A stretch of DNA of 63,702 bases, filler included, from Nemertoderma westbladi (lineage: Eukaryota > Animalia > Xenacoelomorpha): the NCBI GenBank assembly GCA_032718475.1. It is 4 parts of 4 records of this genome, joined end to end, with 100 filler letters (N's around TTAATTAATTAA, not from the genome) between each part and the next. Parts side by side here need not be neighbours in the genome. Positions count along the whole stretch, not along the records: positions 24,484 to 46,680 come from JAUCBJ010005054.1; 3 more parts are not named here. One strand, written 5' to 3'. How positions within the stretch are numbered: the first letter of the stretch is position 1; each line of letters starts with the position of its first letter. The notes beneath the pieces were generated by a model, which made no database searches, had not been told where the DNA came from, and was given only the letters and a program-made list of their open reading frames with translations. The position numbers were made by a program, and so were the translations under genes. Positions 24,484 through 36,235 of the stretch are shown in pieces.

Positions 24484-26469
24484 CCTCACGCTCTCTGCGT
24501 TAGTTTTCCTCTCTCGCCTCGCGTTCTTTGCACTCGTTTTCCTCTCTCGCCTCACGTTCTTTGCACTCGTTTTCCTCTCTCGCCTCACGTTCTTTACATT
24601 CCGCCTCACGCTCTTTGCGCTCATTTTTCTCTCTCGCTACACGTTCCCTACGTTCCGCCTCACGCTCTTTGCGCTCATTTTTCTCTCTCGCTACACGTTC
24701 CCTACGTTCCGCCTCACGCTCTTCTTGTTCCTTCCTCCCTACTTCCTCACACACAATAAGGCTTCTCGCGGCCCTCTTGGCCCTCTCTCCGGTTTCTTTA
24801 ATCAATGCCATTTCCCTCTCTAGCAGCACTCTCCCCTCCTCTAACCGTCTACCTACTTCCCTTTGACCTTGCTCTATCAAATCGAGATGGTACGTGGCAT
24901 TTATCTCTCTCACCCGTCTTCCTTTCGCGGAGGATGTAGCAGACTTATCGGTTACGACGGATTCCCTCCACCTTCCCGACCTACTGACTTTCCCCCGCCT
25001 CCCGGAACTTCCTCCGACCGACGTGGCCGAATCCTCGGGGTTAACCTCGGATTCGCCCTCCTCAGGTCTCTCCCAACCCACTAATTTTACTCCCCGGGCA
25101 TCGACTAAGTATGGCCCTACGTACACTACGCTAGGTTCCATACCCCTACACCGCCATAAGTCACACAGTTCCTCGGCAACCCCTCTCGCTCTCTCCTTGG
25201 CCAGTTCTCTTTGCCCGAAGCGCATTAGATAATTAAAGTGTTTATTCGACTCACCTAGTCGTTTCCTCAGTCTCACCTCGTCTATCTTCGCCCCCTCTTT
25301 GGCCTCCTTTAGCAGTTTCTGAGTCGCGTTGTAGGCCCGTCGAAGTCGATCAGAAACCCCGACGTCCTCGTCGCCGACCTCTCTTCCGTCTCTCCGGGTC
25401 CGACGTCGTACCGGCGGCCCCACCGTCGCCATTTCGGTGGGCCGTTCGTCGCCCTCGGCCTGTAGCTGACCGGCGACATCGGTACCGACATCTCCTCCGT
25501 CTCTCCGGGTCCGGCGTCGTACCGTCGGCCCCACCGTCGTCGTTTCGGTGGGCCGCTCGTCGCCCTCGGCCTGTGGCTGGCCGGCGACATCAGTACGTCG
25601 ACCCACGTCCCGTGTCGACTCGTCTCCTTCTCCCTCCGTCTCGCTCTCTCCTTGTCTTGGCTCGACCTCGGGTTCCAGACGGCCCCCCTCATCCTGAACT
25701 GCCGGATGACCCGTTACCGATGGGTCCGGCGTTGTGGGCCTGTACCGCCTGGTTGCGGCCTCGCGGATCGTTAGCTCTTCGTCCGGGGTCCGCGTCGGCG
25801 TCGTCTCTCCCGACTGACTCATCTCACTCGCATAGATTGGTGGCTGGTAGTCACTGAGTTTAGTTAGCTAGGGCGGCAGCTCTGAGTTCAATTACTGTCA
25901 GGTGGCTGCTAGGTTTCAATTACTGTGACGGGATCCAGATGGGATCCCGGTTTATCCGGTTTTGTCAGTTCACGTGTCCCCGCCGTGTATGAAGAGTAAA
26001 AGAGTTTCGGTTGTTCGATGTGTATAATGTTTGGGTATATAGATATAGATACGGTATAACGGTGGATAAATTATTGTATATGGAAGGCGGGAGACGGTAA
26101 TTGAAGTCCCGGTACTTCCCTAACTAAACTATTGTAAACTACAGTAACACCAGTAACTAGCACTGAGATAACTGAGTAAATGATTACTGCCAACTGGCTA
26201 TATTGCACGGGTTGGCCTTGTTACTCTACCTAATCGATGCCTTTCCCCCCTCTGATTGGTTGATACCCTTGTTGGCGCCCTTTGGAGTGTTCCCGTTCAC
26301 TCCACCTGTTCTCTCTCTGTTAGGGGTTTGGCCCCTGACCCTCATTGTGTGTTTCTCCTTCCCATTTTGTTGGGGTGACACGAGTGATTGATTATCCAAT
26401 TTCGTGGCCCCCAATATTGCTTATCGGCTTACTTTACGGTTTGGGTTAGCGGGATTGAATAAGCTAACA
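24484..26469 (-). mobile_element. Paralogous LTR element: 5' LTR (25924-26469) and Gag-like ORF 24500-25822
   Basis: Same LTR termini as 23068-23662. The 440-aa ORF shares TP.RTPD..LTIREAATRRYRPTTPDPS and LGESNKHF.YL.RFGQ with that copy, followed by an E/R/K coiled-coil repeat. Confidence 0.7.
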
Positions 26470-28858
26470 AGCAGCATGATGAAAAATCATGAGTTTATGC
26501 CCTTTTCCTCGAAGAGACAATTTTTTTTTTGCTTTTTGCCCATTTCCTCACTTTTCCTTCAATTTGCCGGAAAATCTACAGACAGACACCCTAGGTCGTG
26601 TATTTAATGTGGTGTAAAGTTTATGGCCGGTACCGGTACCTACTTTACTGTAAGTAGGCACTCAACTAATAGTGAAATAATATTTTAAATGGCGATGTTC
26701 AATTATTGTACCGGCGGCACTGGGGGAGGGAGGACGAATGCCAGTTTAAGTGCCTGAATGAATGATTTACGATTAGCAGAGATTTTGCGGACGTCATCTG
26801 CAGCCGTCTTTCTGTGGTGGATAAGACACGGTCTCGGTATGGAAACACCCCCAACGTGTTGTCGTTGCTCGATGGCAATGAAGCGGGATGACGCGAAGGG
26901 TAAATTATAATTGCAATTGTTCCCATACTGTAGGTTTAGTTGTAATTGTGGCTCATACTTGTTGCATGTATTAATTATAATTTGTAGTTAATTTCGTACT
27001 TTTTAAATTTAATTACACAGTAGGACATAATATAGGACTGACTTATGATATAATTATGTTGTGAATTACTTTACAGTACTTTGTTGTGGCATTTTATACT
27101 GAATTATTATTCATGTAATCAATAATTAAAATCAATTATAATTAAAATTAAAATCATTTTTCAGTACGTTTTTTTTAATGTCAAATTATTATTAAGCAAT
27201 TATTATATTACAGTGCACATTTTTAGGAATTGTGGCATTTTGTACAATATGCCTAATAAATCAATTTACAGTTTGTGGCATTTATTAATAGTTAATTAGC
27301 AGTTTTAGTTAATTAGGTTATTATATGCAATATTACAGTGCAATGTATACTAACAAACTTTTGAAAAAAGTATAAGTAGTTCGCCATGGGCTGATGGGCA
27401 TAGGGGAATCATCAATGTTTGAAAAAAGTACAAGTGGATCGCCACGGGCATAGGGGAATCGACCAAAAAATGTCTTACCACTGTGTGCCTCAAATTTTAT
27501 ATTACCCAAAAACATGCAACTTTAGAACGCCAACATCTCGGTAATTTCTTGAGCATTCAGATGTTTTCAAGGAATTCAAAAATATTAATCACCCACACTA
27601 AAATAGTAGCAATACCCGGTTTCATTTTTATAACAAAATGTCTGTACCGGTATACAGTCAGAGCTCAGAGGATAGATTGAAACAGAGTCAGGGCCCCAGA
27701 GCCATAATTAATTTTAAATATGATTCTTAACATTTTTAAGTCTGAAGCCCATCTCCTTACTCCAGGTATTGTTTGGTATATTTGTATTTTTCTATAAATA
27801 ATAAGAAGAAGAAGACTGGTACAAGAGAGGGACATTAACTTATGAACTAATCCGGTACCAGTACGGTTCTAAATTACAGGTTTAAGGTTATATATTAAAT
27901 ATGTTATTAGTATTGGCGATTCATATAAAGACAGAATGTGCTCAGATGTACTGGGAACTACAGTACGGTCGCGGTTGTATGAAACTACAAAAGTTCCTAT
28001 GCAGCAAACTTTGCCCGCGTCCAATCTTCGCTAGAGCAAACACTCTTTTGAACTTAAGTAATTAATTACCGGTACATAATACTTAGTTTTTGAGTACCAG
28101 TTAAATTACTGGGAGCAAATCTTGGGATAGGAGTATCGCCCACCCCTACCCTCGGGTAGCAGCTATCGAAAGAGGAGCATTCGGGTTTCCTCCGGTTTCG
28201 GCCGACTGTTTGCTTGCTTGCTTTGCTCTGCTTGCTACATAATACTTAAAACAAAAACTCAAGTTCGTGTAGCCAACTATGAAACTGTCTGTACCAGACC
28301 CTTTAATTAGGATTGAGGCCGCCACTACTGTAACCTGCGAGTTTCATACAGTATAAAAATCCAATGGCAGTGTGGGTACCCAAACTGAATATTCCCCCTC
28401 CCCCAGCAGCCCAGTGCCGCCAGTCAGCCAGTACAATTGAACATCACCATTTAAAGGGTTTGACTAAATACGCCACCGACAGACCGACACCTTTCGCATA
28501 CCAACAACAACAAAAGACACAAAACCGACAGGTAAAATCGCAAACCGACAGTATACGACAACTTCGGCAATGTTAGTAAACTATTTCAGTACATGATTAT
28601 ACAATTTTTATTTCCAGTAGGCCTACTGACAGTGGTCAAATTACAAATTAAGTTAAGTAGGCCTATTTATATAGAAAATACAGTTTTCACGTGCTGCGCG
28701 AAGGGCACATCGTCCTCTGCCAGTCTGCAGCCGTAAAATTTACACCACATTAAATACACGACCTGGGGTGTCTGTCTGTAGATTTTCCGGCAAATTGAAG
28801 GAAAATTGAGGAAATGGTACACATTTGATAACAGATCATGATTTTCAATCGTGCTGCT
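26470..28858. repeat. ~160-bp inverted repeat pair (26470-26627 / ~28733-28858) enclosing ~2.1 kb
   Basis: TTTCCTTCAATTTGCCGGAAAATCTACAGACAGACACC...GTCGTGTATTTAATGTGGTGTAAA appears as a near-exact reverse complement at ~28738-28815. Confidence 0.85.
28086..28235 (+). mobile_element. 5'-truncated SINE/LINE 3' end with 13-bp TSD
   Basis: Flanked by TACATAATACTTA (28073-28085 and 28236-28248), with a (TTGC)n tail. The paralogous site at ~35708-35720 is empty. Confidence 0.8.
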
Positions 28859-30281
28859 CGAAACGGAAAATCACCCTAATATAAAATTAATTTTTATGAA
28901 GTTACACATACCGGTAAGGTCTGTAGGTCAGAGAGTGTATGTGTGAAATTTGAGACAAATCGGTCCAAAAATGGCCACTGGTGACTGGGGAAAGGTGTTT
29001 GTCACTGTGTAGCTGTGCCTCAAATGTGATAGAACCGTTATCAATTCTGCAATTTAAAGCTCAAAATTCCTGGCAACGGATATTATGTACCCGGTACCTG
29101 CCACACCACGCGGCCACCGGCAACAGCATACAGGCATAGGGTACAGAGTACAGGCATAGGCTGATAGGTCTGTAGGTAGATAGGTCAGTAGGCGAGGCGG
29201 AGGCCTGCGACAGTTACCTTACCACTTGGCACTTGCCAGCTTTTTGTCCCATAGTCCAAATATCAGGTACCGGTACTAACTACTAAGTACCAAATACACG
29301 CTAGGCTGCTAGGTGCTAGGCTTACAACAGTCAGACAGTACACAGTACAGCAGTACAACTGTGAAATCAGATAATGCAGTGACCTGGTGACAGCAGCATA
29401 CAATCCATTACATACGCACATACGCGTATGTAGATACGGATACAGCAAATGCATACGGATACGGATACGGTGAAAAGTTATACCCACAGGCATAGGCAGA
29501 TACTGAGATAGCATAGGCCATTAACAGATTATGGGTGACGACAGACCGAACGTAATCAGGATCGAATGTAACATACAGTAGTTATTAGTATTACATATAT
29601 GCCTATCGAACATAACCTCAATTATGTACGGTGGCCCACAAGTGCCACCGCTGCACTCGCACATACATCGTATAGTTTTGTATAGGGCCTACAGTGCAAT
29701 TCGTACTATTTATACGGATAAGTATAATTAACTTACTTTCATGATGGCCATGGTGATCACCAATTTTTTTTCGTTTTTTTTTTGACAGCTTTTCAAATTC
29801 ACACGCATTGTAGTCGGATCTCGATTAAACCCACTTATCCTCGTGATACTTGGTGATAGGCCTACCTTTATTGCACTATTGCACAGTGATTTTAAAAAAA
29901 ATTGCGCCCTAATTTAAATATATTTAAGTTTAGCCCTGTGTATAATGGCGTGAGTGATGAGTGGCCAGACTGTTAATCTAACAGTTCCAGTCATACAGTA
30001 CAGTCTATCTAAGAAATCCGCGAAAATGATCCTGACCAATATTATTCGCAGAGACAATGATTCCCAGCCCATTCGCCACACATGGTTGGAATTCGATGGA
30101 TATATCATTCCTGTTAATGAAATTCTTAGTATGCGCCACGCACTCCTGGCGCTTACATGAAAACTATTCCCAGACAAGAATCATTGGCGAATCTCTCCTG
30201 CACCTCAAGAAATGTACCAGTACGTCTGGCGAACATGTCGTTCGCCATACATGCGCTTAGCACGCTTGTTGTTTACTGGGG

Positions 30282-30500
30282 TGTAGTGAGGTGTGTGTGT
30301 ATAGAGCGGCATGAAAATATCAGGTTGCTCTCCACACACATTAAAGTACTGTAAGTTGTGTAGTGAGGTGTGTGTGTGTATAGAGCGGCATGAAAATATC
30401 ATGTCGCTCTCCACACACATTAAAGTACTGTAAGTTGTGTAGTGAGGTGTGTGTGTGTAGAGCTGCATGAAAATATCATGTTGCTCTCCACACACACAGT
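30282..30500 (+). repeat. Three tandem ~78-bp units, each a long hairpin
   Basis: Units start at ~30282, 30360 and 30439: GTGTGTG..AGAGCGGCATGA-AAATA-TCATGTCGCTCT-C-CACACAC. Confidence 0.9.
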
Positions 30501-30649
30501 CAAAATGGCTGGAAATAGAATATGAAGTACAAAGTAGGCCTAGGTCTAAGTCTGCGGAATTATCGTATGTGAAGTAGTGTTGGGTGCTACTGTATGGTAC
30601 GACATTGTGCAACGCAGTTGTATGCTATGGAAAAGTTTTAGTATTTTAA

Positions 30650-31190
30650 GAGTGGATTAACTTACCGGGAGATTGTAAATATCCTCCATAAAAAACATTG
30701 AATTACAATTAGTGAAAGGACAGTGAAGAGACGGTTAATCGAATTGCATTTAAGAGTGGGAATAAAGTCTTGATTGAAATTAAGCAAACTGTAAAATCTC
30801 TTATAGACGGAGCTGCATGTTTGTGGGGATATCGCCATTTTTGGAGGCATTTGGTAAAACTTGGCTATACTGTATCACGTTTAACAGTCCAACGTATTCT
30901 TAAGGAAATAAACCCACTCGCTTCGAATTTGAGACGTAAGCATAAACTAAAACGTAGGCAATATCGAAATAAGGGGCCAAACTATGCCTGGCATGCAGAT
31001 GGCTATGACAAGTTGAAAATGTTCGGTTTTCCCATTCATGGTTGTCTAGATGGTTGGTCGAGAATGGTTATTTGGTTGAGGTTGACGCACACAAATAACG
31101 ACCCCAATGTTGTTAGTAAATTTTATCTGGAATCCGTTGGAAAGTACGGTTGTCCTGTAGGTTTACATACAGACAAAGGGACAGAAAATT
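30650..31190 (+). pseudogene. IS3EU-type DDE transposase (integrase core), truncated
   Basis: LWGYRHFW, LKRRQYRNKGPNYAWHADGYDKLKMFGFPIHGCLDGWSR, TNNDP and G.P..LHTDKGTEN. Stop and frameshift in the N-terminal HTH; cut at ~31190 by a MULE-derived repeat. Confidence 0.8.
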
Positions 31191-31201
31191 TATATATAAT
31201 A

Positions 31202-32787
31202 TTTTTTATGTCCTTTTATTTGACTTTTTTGTCCGCCTTTCTTTACGAATTGTGCATAATGACTTTTGTTGTCCCTTTAATGACTTTGGTAAATTCCATG
31301 ATTGATAGACTATGAGATCTAACTATGATATGCGCCTGTGGTAAAAGACTCTAAATTTAATAGTTTGAGGTTGTTGTCGATAATCGATTACCACATGACG
31401 TAGCAAAACACTCATTTTATAGCCAAAAACAAACGTCCTATTGGATCCTAATAGGAACCTAATAGGAAATAAATAACCTTTAGGAAATCACTTGGAATTT
31501 GCCTAATGTAAGTCTACCTAGAGCGGCTAAATATCAAACGCAATAATTTTTATTGTCCGTTTAAATCCTTTTTTTGTCCTTTTTGTCCTTTTTATGTCCT
31601 CCAAAAGTCTAATGTTAGGTTCCATGCTACCGGTATCTCTACTGCTGTTCTCTCAGGCTATCAGTACCGGTATTAGTATATATAGCACTATTTTGCTGTA
31701 TTGTATGTACAGATGTAGGTATAAAGCAGGTATTTCTGTATTTTAGTACCGGTACCGGCACCGGTACTGCTATAGGCCTACTGTGTAGCCTACCATTTAA
31801 ATACGGTAATGGTAGGCCAACCGGTTGTGCTAATAAATTTTAAATAATTGATAGGCCAAACTGGATTGCAGGATTGTGGAAAATGTGGATATACCTTTCA
31901 CATAAGTTAGGCCTATTAATGGATCATGACTACTGTCTGAGTAGTGTTACGGATAACCTGCTCCTTTCCCTGATTTGGTAAAGTGACTGTTTATTGTTTT
32001 GGTTAGAAAATCCGGCCTTAACCTGCTCCTTTCCCTCAATTAGTTAAGTGATCGTTTATTGTTTTGGTTAGAAAATCCCGCATCTGTAACCTGCTCCTTT
32101 CCCTCAATTGGTAATGTTATCGTTTATTGTTTTGGTTAGAAAATCCCGCCTCTGTAACCTGCTCCTTTCTCTCAATTCGTAATGTAATCGTTTATTGTTT
32201 TGGTTAGAAAATCCCGTCTCTGTAACCTGCTCCTTTCCCTCAATTAGTTAATGATCGTTTATTGTTTTGGTTAGAAAATTCCGCCTCTGTAACCTGCCCC
32301 TTTCCCTCAATTAGTTAAATGATCGTTTATTGTTTTGGTTAGAAAATCCCGTCTCTGTAACCTGCTCCTTTCCCTGATTTGGTAAAGTGACTGTTTATTG
32401 TTTTGGTTAGAAAACTCGGCCTTAACCTGCTCCTTTCCATCAATTGGTAATTGTTTTTGGTTATAAAATGAGTGTTTTGCTACGTCATGTGGTATTCGAT
32501 TATCGACAACAACCACAAACTATTAAATATAGTCTTTTTACCACAGGCGCATATGGAAATCTATCTCATAGTCTATAAATCATGGAATCATGGAATGTTT
32601 TGGCACAGGCATAGTGAAATCAACTGTCTGACAGTCCAGAAATCATCTGTCTGACAGTTTGAAGAAATACATACATAAAAAGTCATTAAAAGGACAATAA
32701 AAGTCATTAAAAGGACAACAAAAGTCATTATGCATAATTCGTAAAAAAAAAAGGACAAAAAAAGTCAAATAAAAGGACATAAAAAAT
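31202..32787. mobile_element. Non-autonomous MULE-family derivative (31539-32787, plus) with an inverted right-end fragment (31202-31432)
   Basis: The left ~420 bp match the terminus of the MULE transposase copy (48532-49032, minus). Internal ~67-bp tandem repeats at ~31955-32460. Confidence 0.75.
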
Positions 32788-33797
32788 CACTGCCAATATC
32801 AAAGCTTAGAAGTGTCTATCATTCAACCTCCGGAGATAGCTGAAAGTGGTAAAGAGAGCCGCTTTGTCTAGTGGTTGAGTTGTATTTCCCTTCCCCTGAC
32901 CTATCTTACAACAACGATACTCCCCATAGGCTAATGTTAAATATGCAAAGTACACACTATTGGCTTTACTCAACATCTGGACACATTAACTATACCATAC
33001 GGTAAAGGTATCCCTGCTTGTGTAAAATAGGCCCGCCAACACGTTGACTGAGCCTCAACAAGTAGTTGGGATGCTAAGGCGTAATCTGATTTTATTCGGA
33101 TGTCAAACTTTTAATAATTTTATTTAAATTATTGCGCGAACTTTTTAGATCTAGCAATTTTACCATTTCCATGGTATAATAAATATAATTTATAATTAAT
33201 ATTAATATCAATATGCCAAGAGGTTAAATTTATTACAAACCGCCACTAAACTCATAAGGGTCTGTTAATTCCTGTCTGTAGGATGTTATGTCATTTATTT
33301 TTCGTAGCGGTAGCGATATGGATTGTGACATGTTGCGGAATCTGCTTGGAGAGTGTAATGTGCTTTGTGGGTGTTATATTTAAATACGGAACTTGTGTGT
33401 TTCAGTAAAATACAGCATTCAACATCACAGTTTATCTTCAATATTACAGTTTATCTATGTCGGGAAGGGAGGGGGGGGGGGGGGGGGGGCAATGGCCCGA
33501 ACGGATATTTAACTACACAATGAGATACAGCGTGTTAGGCAGTAAGTGGGCTGCTAGGAATAAGTGCAGGAATAAGTGCATGGGAATAAGTGGGAATCAG
33601 TTGAAGAGGGTCAAAGGGGATATAACTCGACATGCTACTAATTTATAAGTTTCACTTCGATTCATTGATTGATTTGGTTTGTGTTGCATTAAAATCAGAT
33701 CCACTGAAAACATTAATAACCTGAAAATCAATGTATTTAATCAGTTACAAATATATATAGTTCACTACAAAATACAACAATTTTGTTACCGGTAACT

Positions 33798-35303
33798 TTA
33801 AGATTTATGAACAGAATTGATATGGGTGTTTAGGTAGCCTTGCCGACTGAATTCTTTATGACAATAACCGCACTTATGTTTGATATCCTTATGTATAGAG
33901 TCGAAATGCCGTTTAAGGTCGTGTTTGTAACGGAATTCTTTATTACAATAACCGCACTTATGTTTGATATGTTTATGTATAGAGTCGACATGTTGTTTTA
34001 GTACGTGTTTGTAACTGAATTCTTTATTACAATAACCGCACTTATATTTAATATCTTGATGTATAGAGTCGACATGTTGTTTTAGTTTGTCTTTTTTAGC
34101 AAATGATTTTCCACAATCGGAGCAGCTATACTTCATGATACCTTTGTGGACAAAGTTAACGTGGGTGTTTAGACTACTTTGCCGGCTGAATTATTTATTA
34201 CAATAACCGCACTTATGTTTTATATCTTTGTGAATGTATTCGATATGTTTTTTTAGTTCGACTTTTCTAGCAAATGATTTTCCACAATGAAAACAGTTGA
34301 ACTTGATATCTTTGTGGGAGTAGTTGATATGGGTGTTTAGATTCGATAGCTGACTGAATTCTTTATTACAATAACCGCACTTATGTTTGATATCCTTATG
34401 TATAGAGTCGACATGTTGTTTTAGTTTGTCTTTTTTAGCAAATGATTTTCCACAATCGGAACAACTATACTTGATGATACCTTTGTGGGCAAAGTTAATG
34501 TGGGTGTTTAGATCTCCTTTCTGACTGAATCCTTTATGACAATAACTGCACTTATATTTAATATCTTGATGTATAGAGTCGACATGTTGTTTTAGTTTGT
34601 CTTTTGTAGCAAATGATTTTCCACAATCGAAACAGTTGTACTTGATATCTTTATGAAAGTAGTTCACATGGGTGTTTAGACTCCTTTGCTGGCTGAATTC
34701 TTTATTACAATAACCGCACTTATGTTTGATATCTTTATGGGTAGCGTCAACATGCTTCTTTACATAATTTTTTATTTTAAACAATTTCTCACAATAATCG
34801 CATTTATACTTATTCTCTACGTCTTTATGAACGGATTCTATATGTCTATCTAAATTTCCTTTGTTATTAAATAATTCATTGCAATGCAAACAGGAACTGG
34901 TGTCTGAAGAAGATACCAACTCCCCAACAGTTTCATTAGAACTACCGGACTCTGTTGTTGCACAACTGATTGTTGGTTCTGTACCTTCAGTTCCAATGGG
35001 CCTATCATACGAACAGTCTGCGCTGTCATTTTCCCGTTTTTCAACAATAAAAGAATCTCCAGATGGTTCATAAGAAATATCTTCGTCATCTAGTACAGGG
35101 ACAACATCTACTCTACCGAACAAATTGTTGTGATCTTCGATGGGAGATGATCCGTAAACGCACTTCCCTTGATTAACATCAAGATAATAGGGGGTGGAGT
35201 CTGTTGGTTCTCCCTTTATAATCATAGAATCTGTTTGTTCTTTCTTTATAACTATACCGGCACCAGATGATTTCTCTTTCAATAAATTTATATGTTGATC
35301 CAT
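33798..35303 (-). pseudogene. C2H2 zinc-finger array gene (13 fingers) with a GAA>TAA nonsense codon in finger 9
   Basis: ORFs 34191-35309 and 33798-34136 are in frame. Repeats are CxxC-x12-Hx4H with an HKDIK(Y/H)KC linker. Acidic N-terminus with IKKE/IKGEP. No introns within the coding sequence. Confidence 0.85.
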
Positions 35304-35833
35304 TATCAAATCTTCAATAAATATTAATCAATAAATTAAATACAGGTGGCAGTAGTTTTAGGTATGTTAAGCTCTTCACTAATATAAATTTCATGCGATG
35401 TAAATATAATAAATAGATTATATAAGGGCGTTCAAAAGTTGCATGTCGCTGTACGGAATGGAACATGTTATAGTGACAGTGACAAGCAAATGGAACCAAA
35501 AGAAAACTATCACTACTACAGTACCTGTACCAGCAGTACCTACAGTACCAGTACGATTCGAGAGTAAAGGTTTAGGTGATTTATTAAATATGTTATTGGC
35601 GATTCAATTAAAGAGACAGAGTGTGCTACGTACGGTCGCGGTTGTATGAAACTACGAAAGTTCCTATGTAGCAAACTTCGCCCGCGTTTGAAGTAATTAA
35701 TTACCGGTACCTAATACTTAAAACAAAAACTCAAGTTCGCGTAGCTGATTATGAAACTGTAACCTGTAAAGCTAGTCGCTACAGACATTGTCAATACTGC
35801 TAACTTTGAAGGTCGTTTTCGCTTGGTTGCTAT

Positions 35834-36235
35834 GGGGCCGTCCAAGTATGACGTCAGCACTTTAGGGGGGGGAGGGGGGTTGGGAAAATCTGATGACGTG
35901 CTGATGATGGGAGGGGAGGGGGTCAGCCAAAATCTGACGTCAGCATATATTCATTTATAGGTGCTAGAAGAGATATAGCAGAAGAGTAAATAGCTTGCCT
36001 ATTTTAATTGTTCGAAGCCCGCGGATGCCGGAGGCCCGTAGCACGACCTTCTGTTTCAGATTAATCCTAAGCTAATGATTGTTAGATGATAATATAATAG
36101 TTTATTACAAAATTTTTTTTTAATCTGATTTAGGGGGGGGGGGGGGGTCAACGCCTATCTGATGACATCTGATTTAGGGGAGGGAGGGGGTCAACATTTT
36201 GGGGAAAAGTGCAGACGTCATACTTGGACGGCCCC
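35834..36235. mobile_element. MITE with 3-bp TAT target duplication (Zator- or PIF/Harbinger-like)
   Basis: TIR GGGGCCGTCCAAGTATGACGTCAGCACTTT / AAAGTGCAGACGTCATACTTGGACGGCCCC, with tat on both sides. Confidence 0.85.

Larger units (their letters stand above)
29627..31195 (+). mobile_element. IS3EU-like DNA transposon, left part
   Basis: Begins TACGGTGGCC, which I recall as an IS3EU-type terminus. HTH-like GLTYREIVNIL...ISERTVKRRL at ~30655-30755, followed by an integrase core. Confidence 0.65.

Noticed and set aside
23068-26469. Single element with inverted LTRs (DIRS-like)
   Set aside because: The halves are diverged paralogs on different contigs separated by an artificial spacer. No tyrosine recombinase is visible.
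32855-32900. tRNA gene or tRNA-derived SINE head (A-box-like TGTCTAGTGG)
   Set aside because: No B box or cloverleaf follows.
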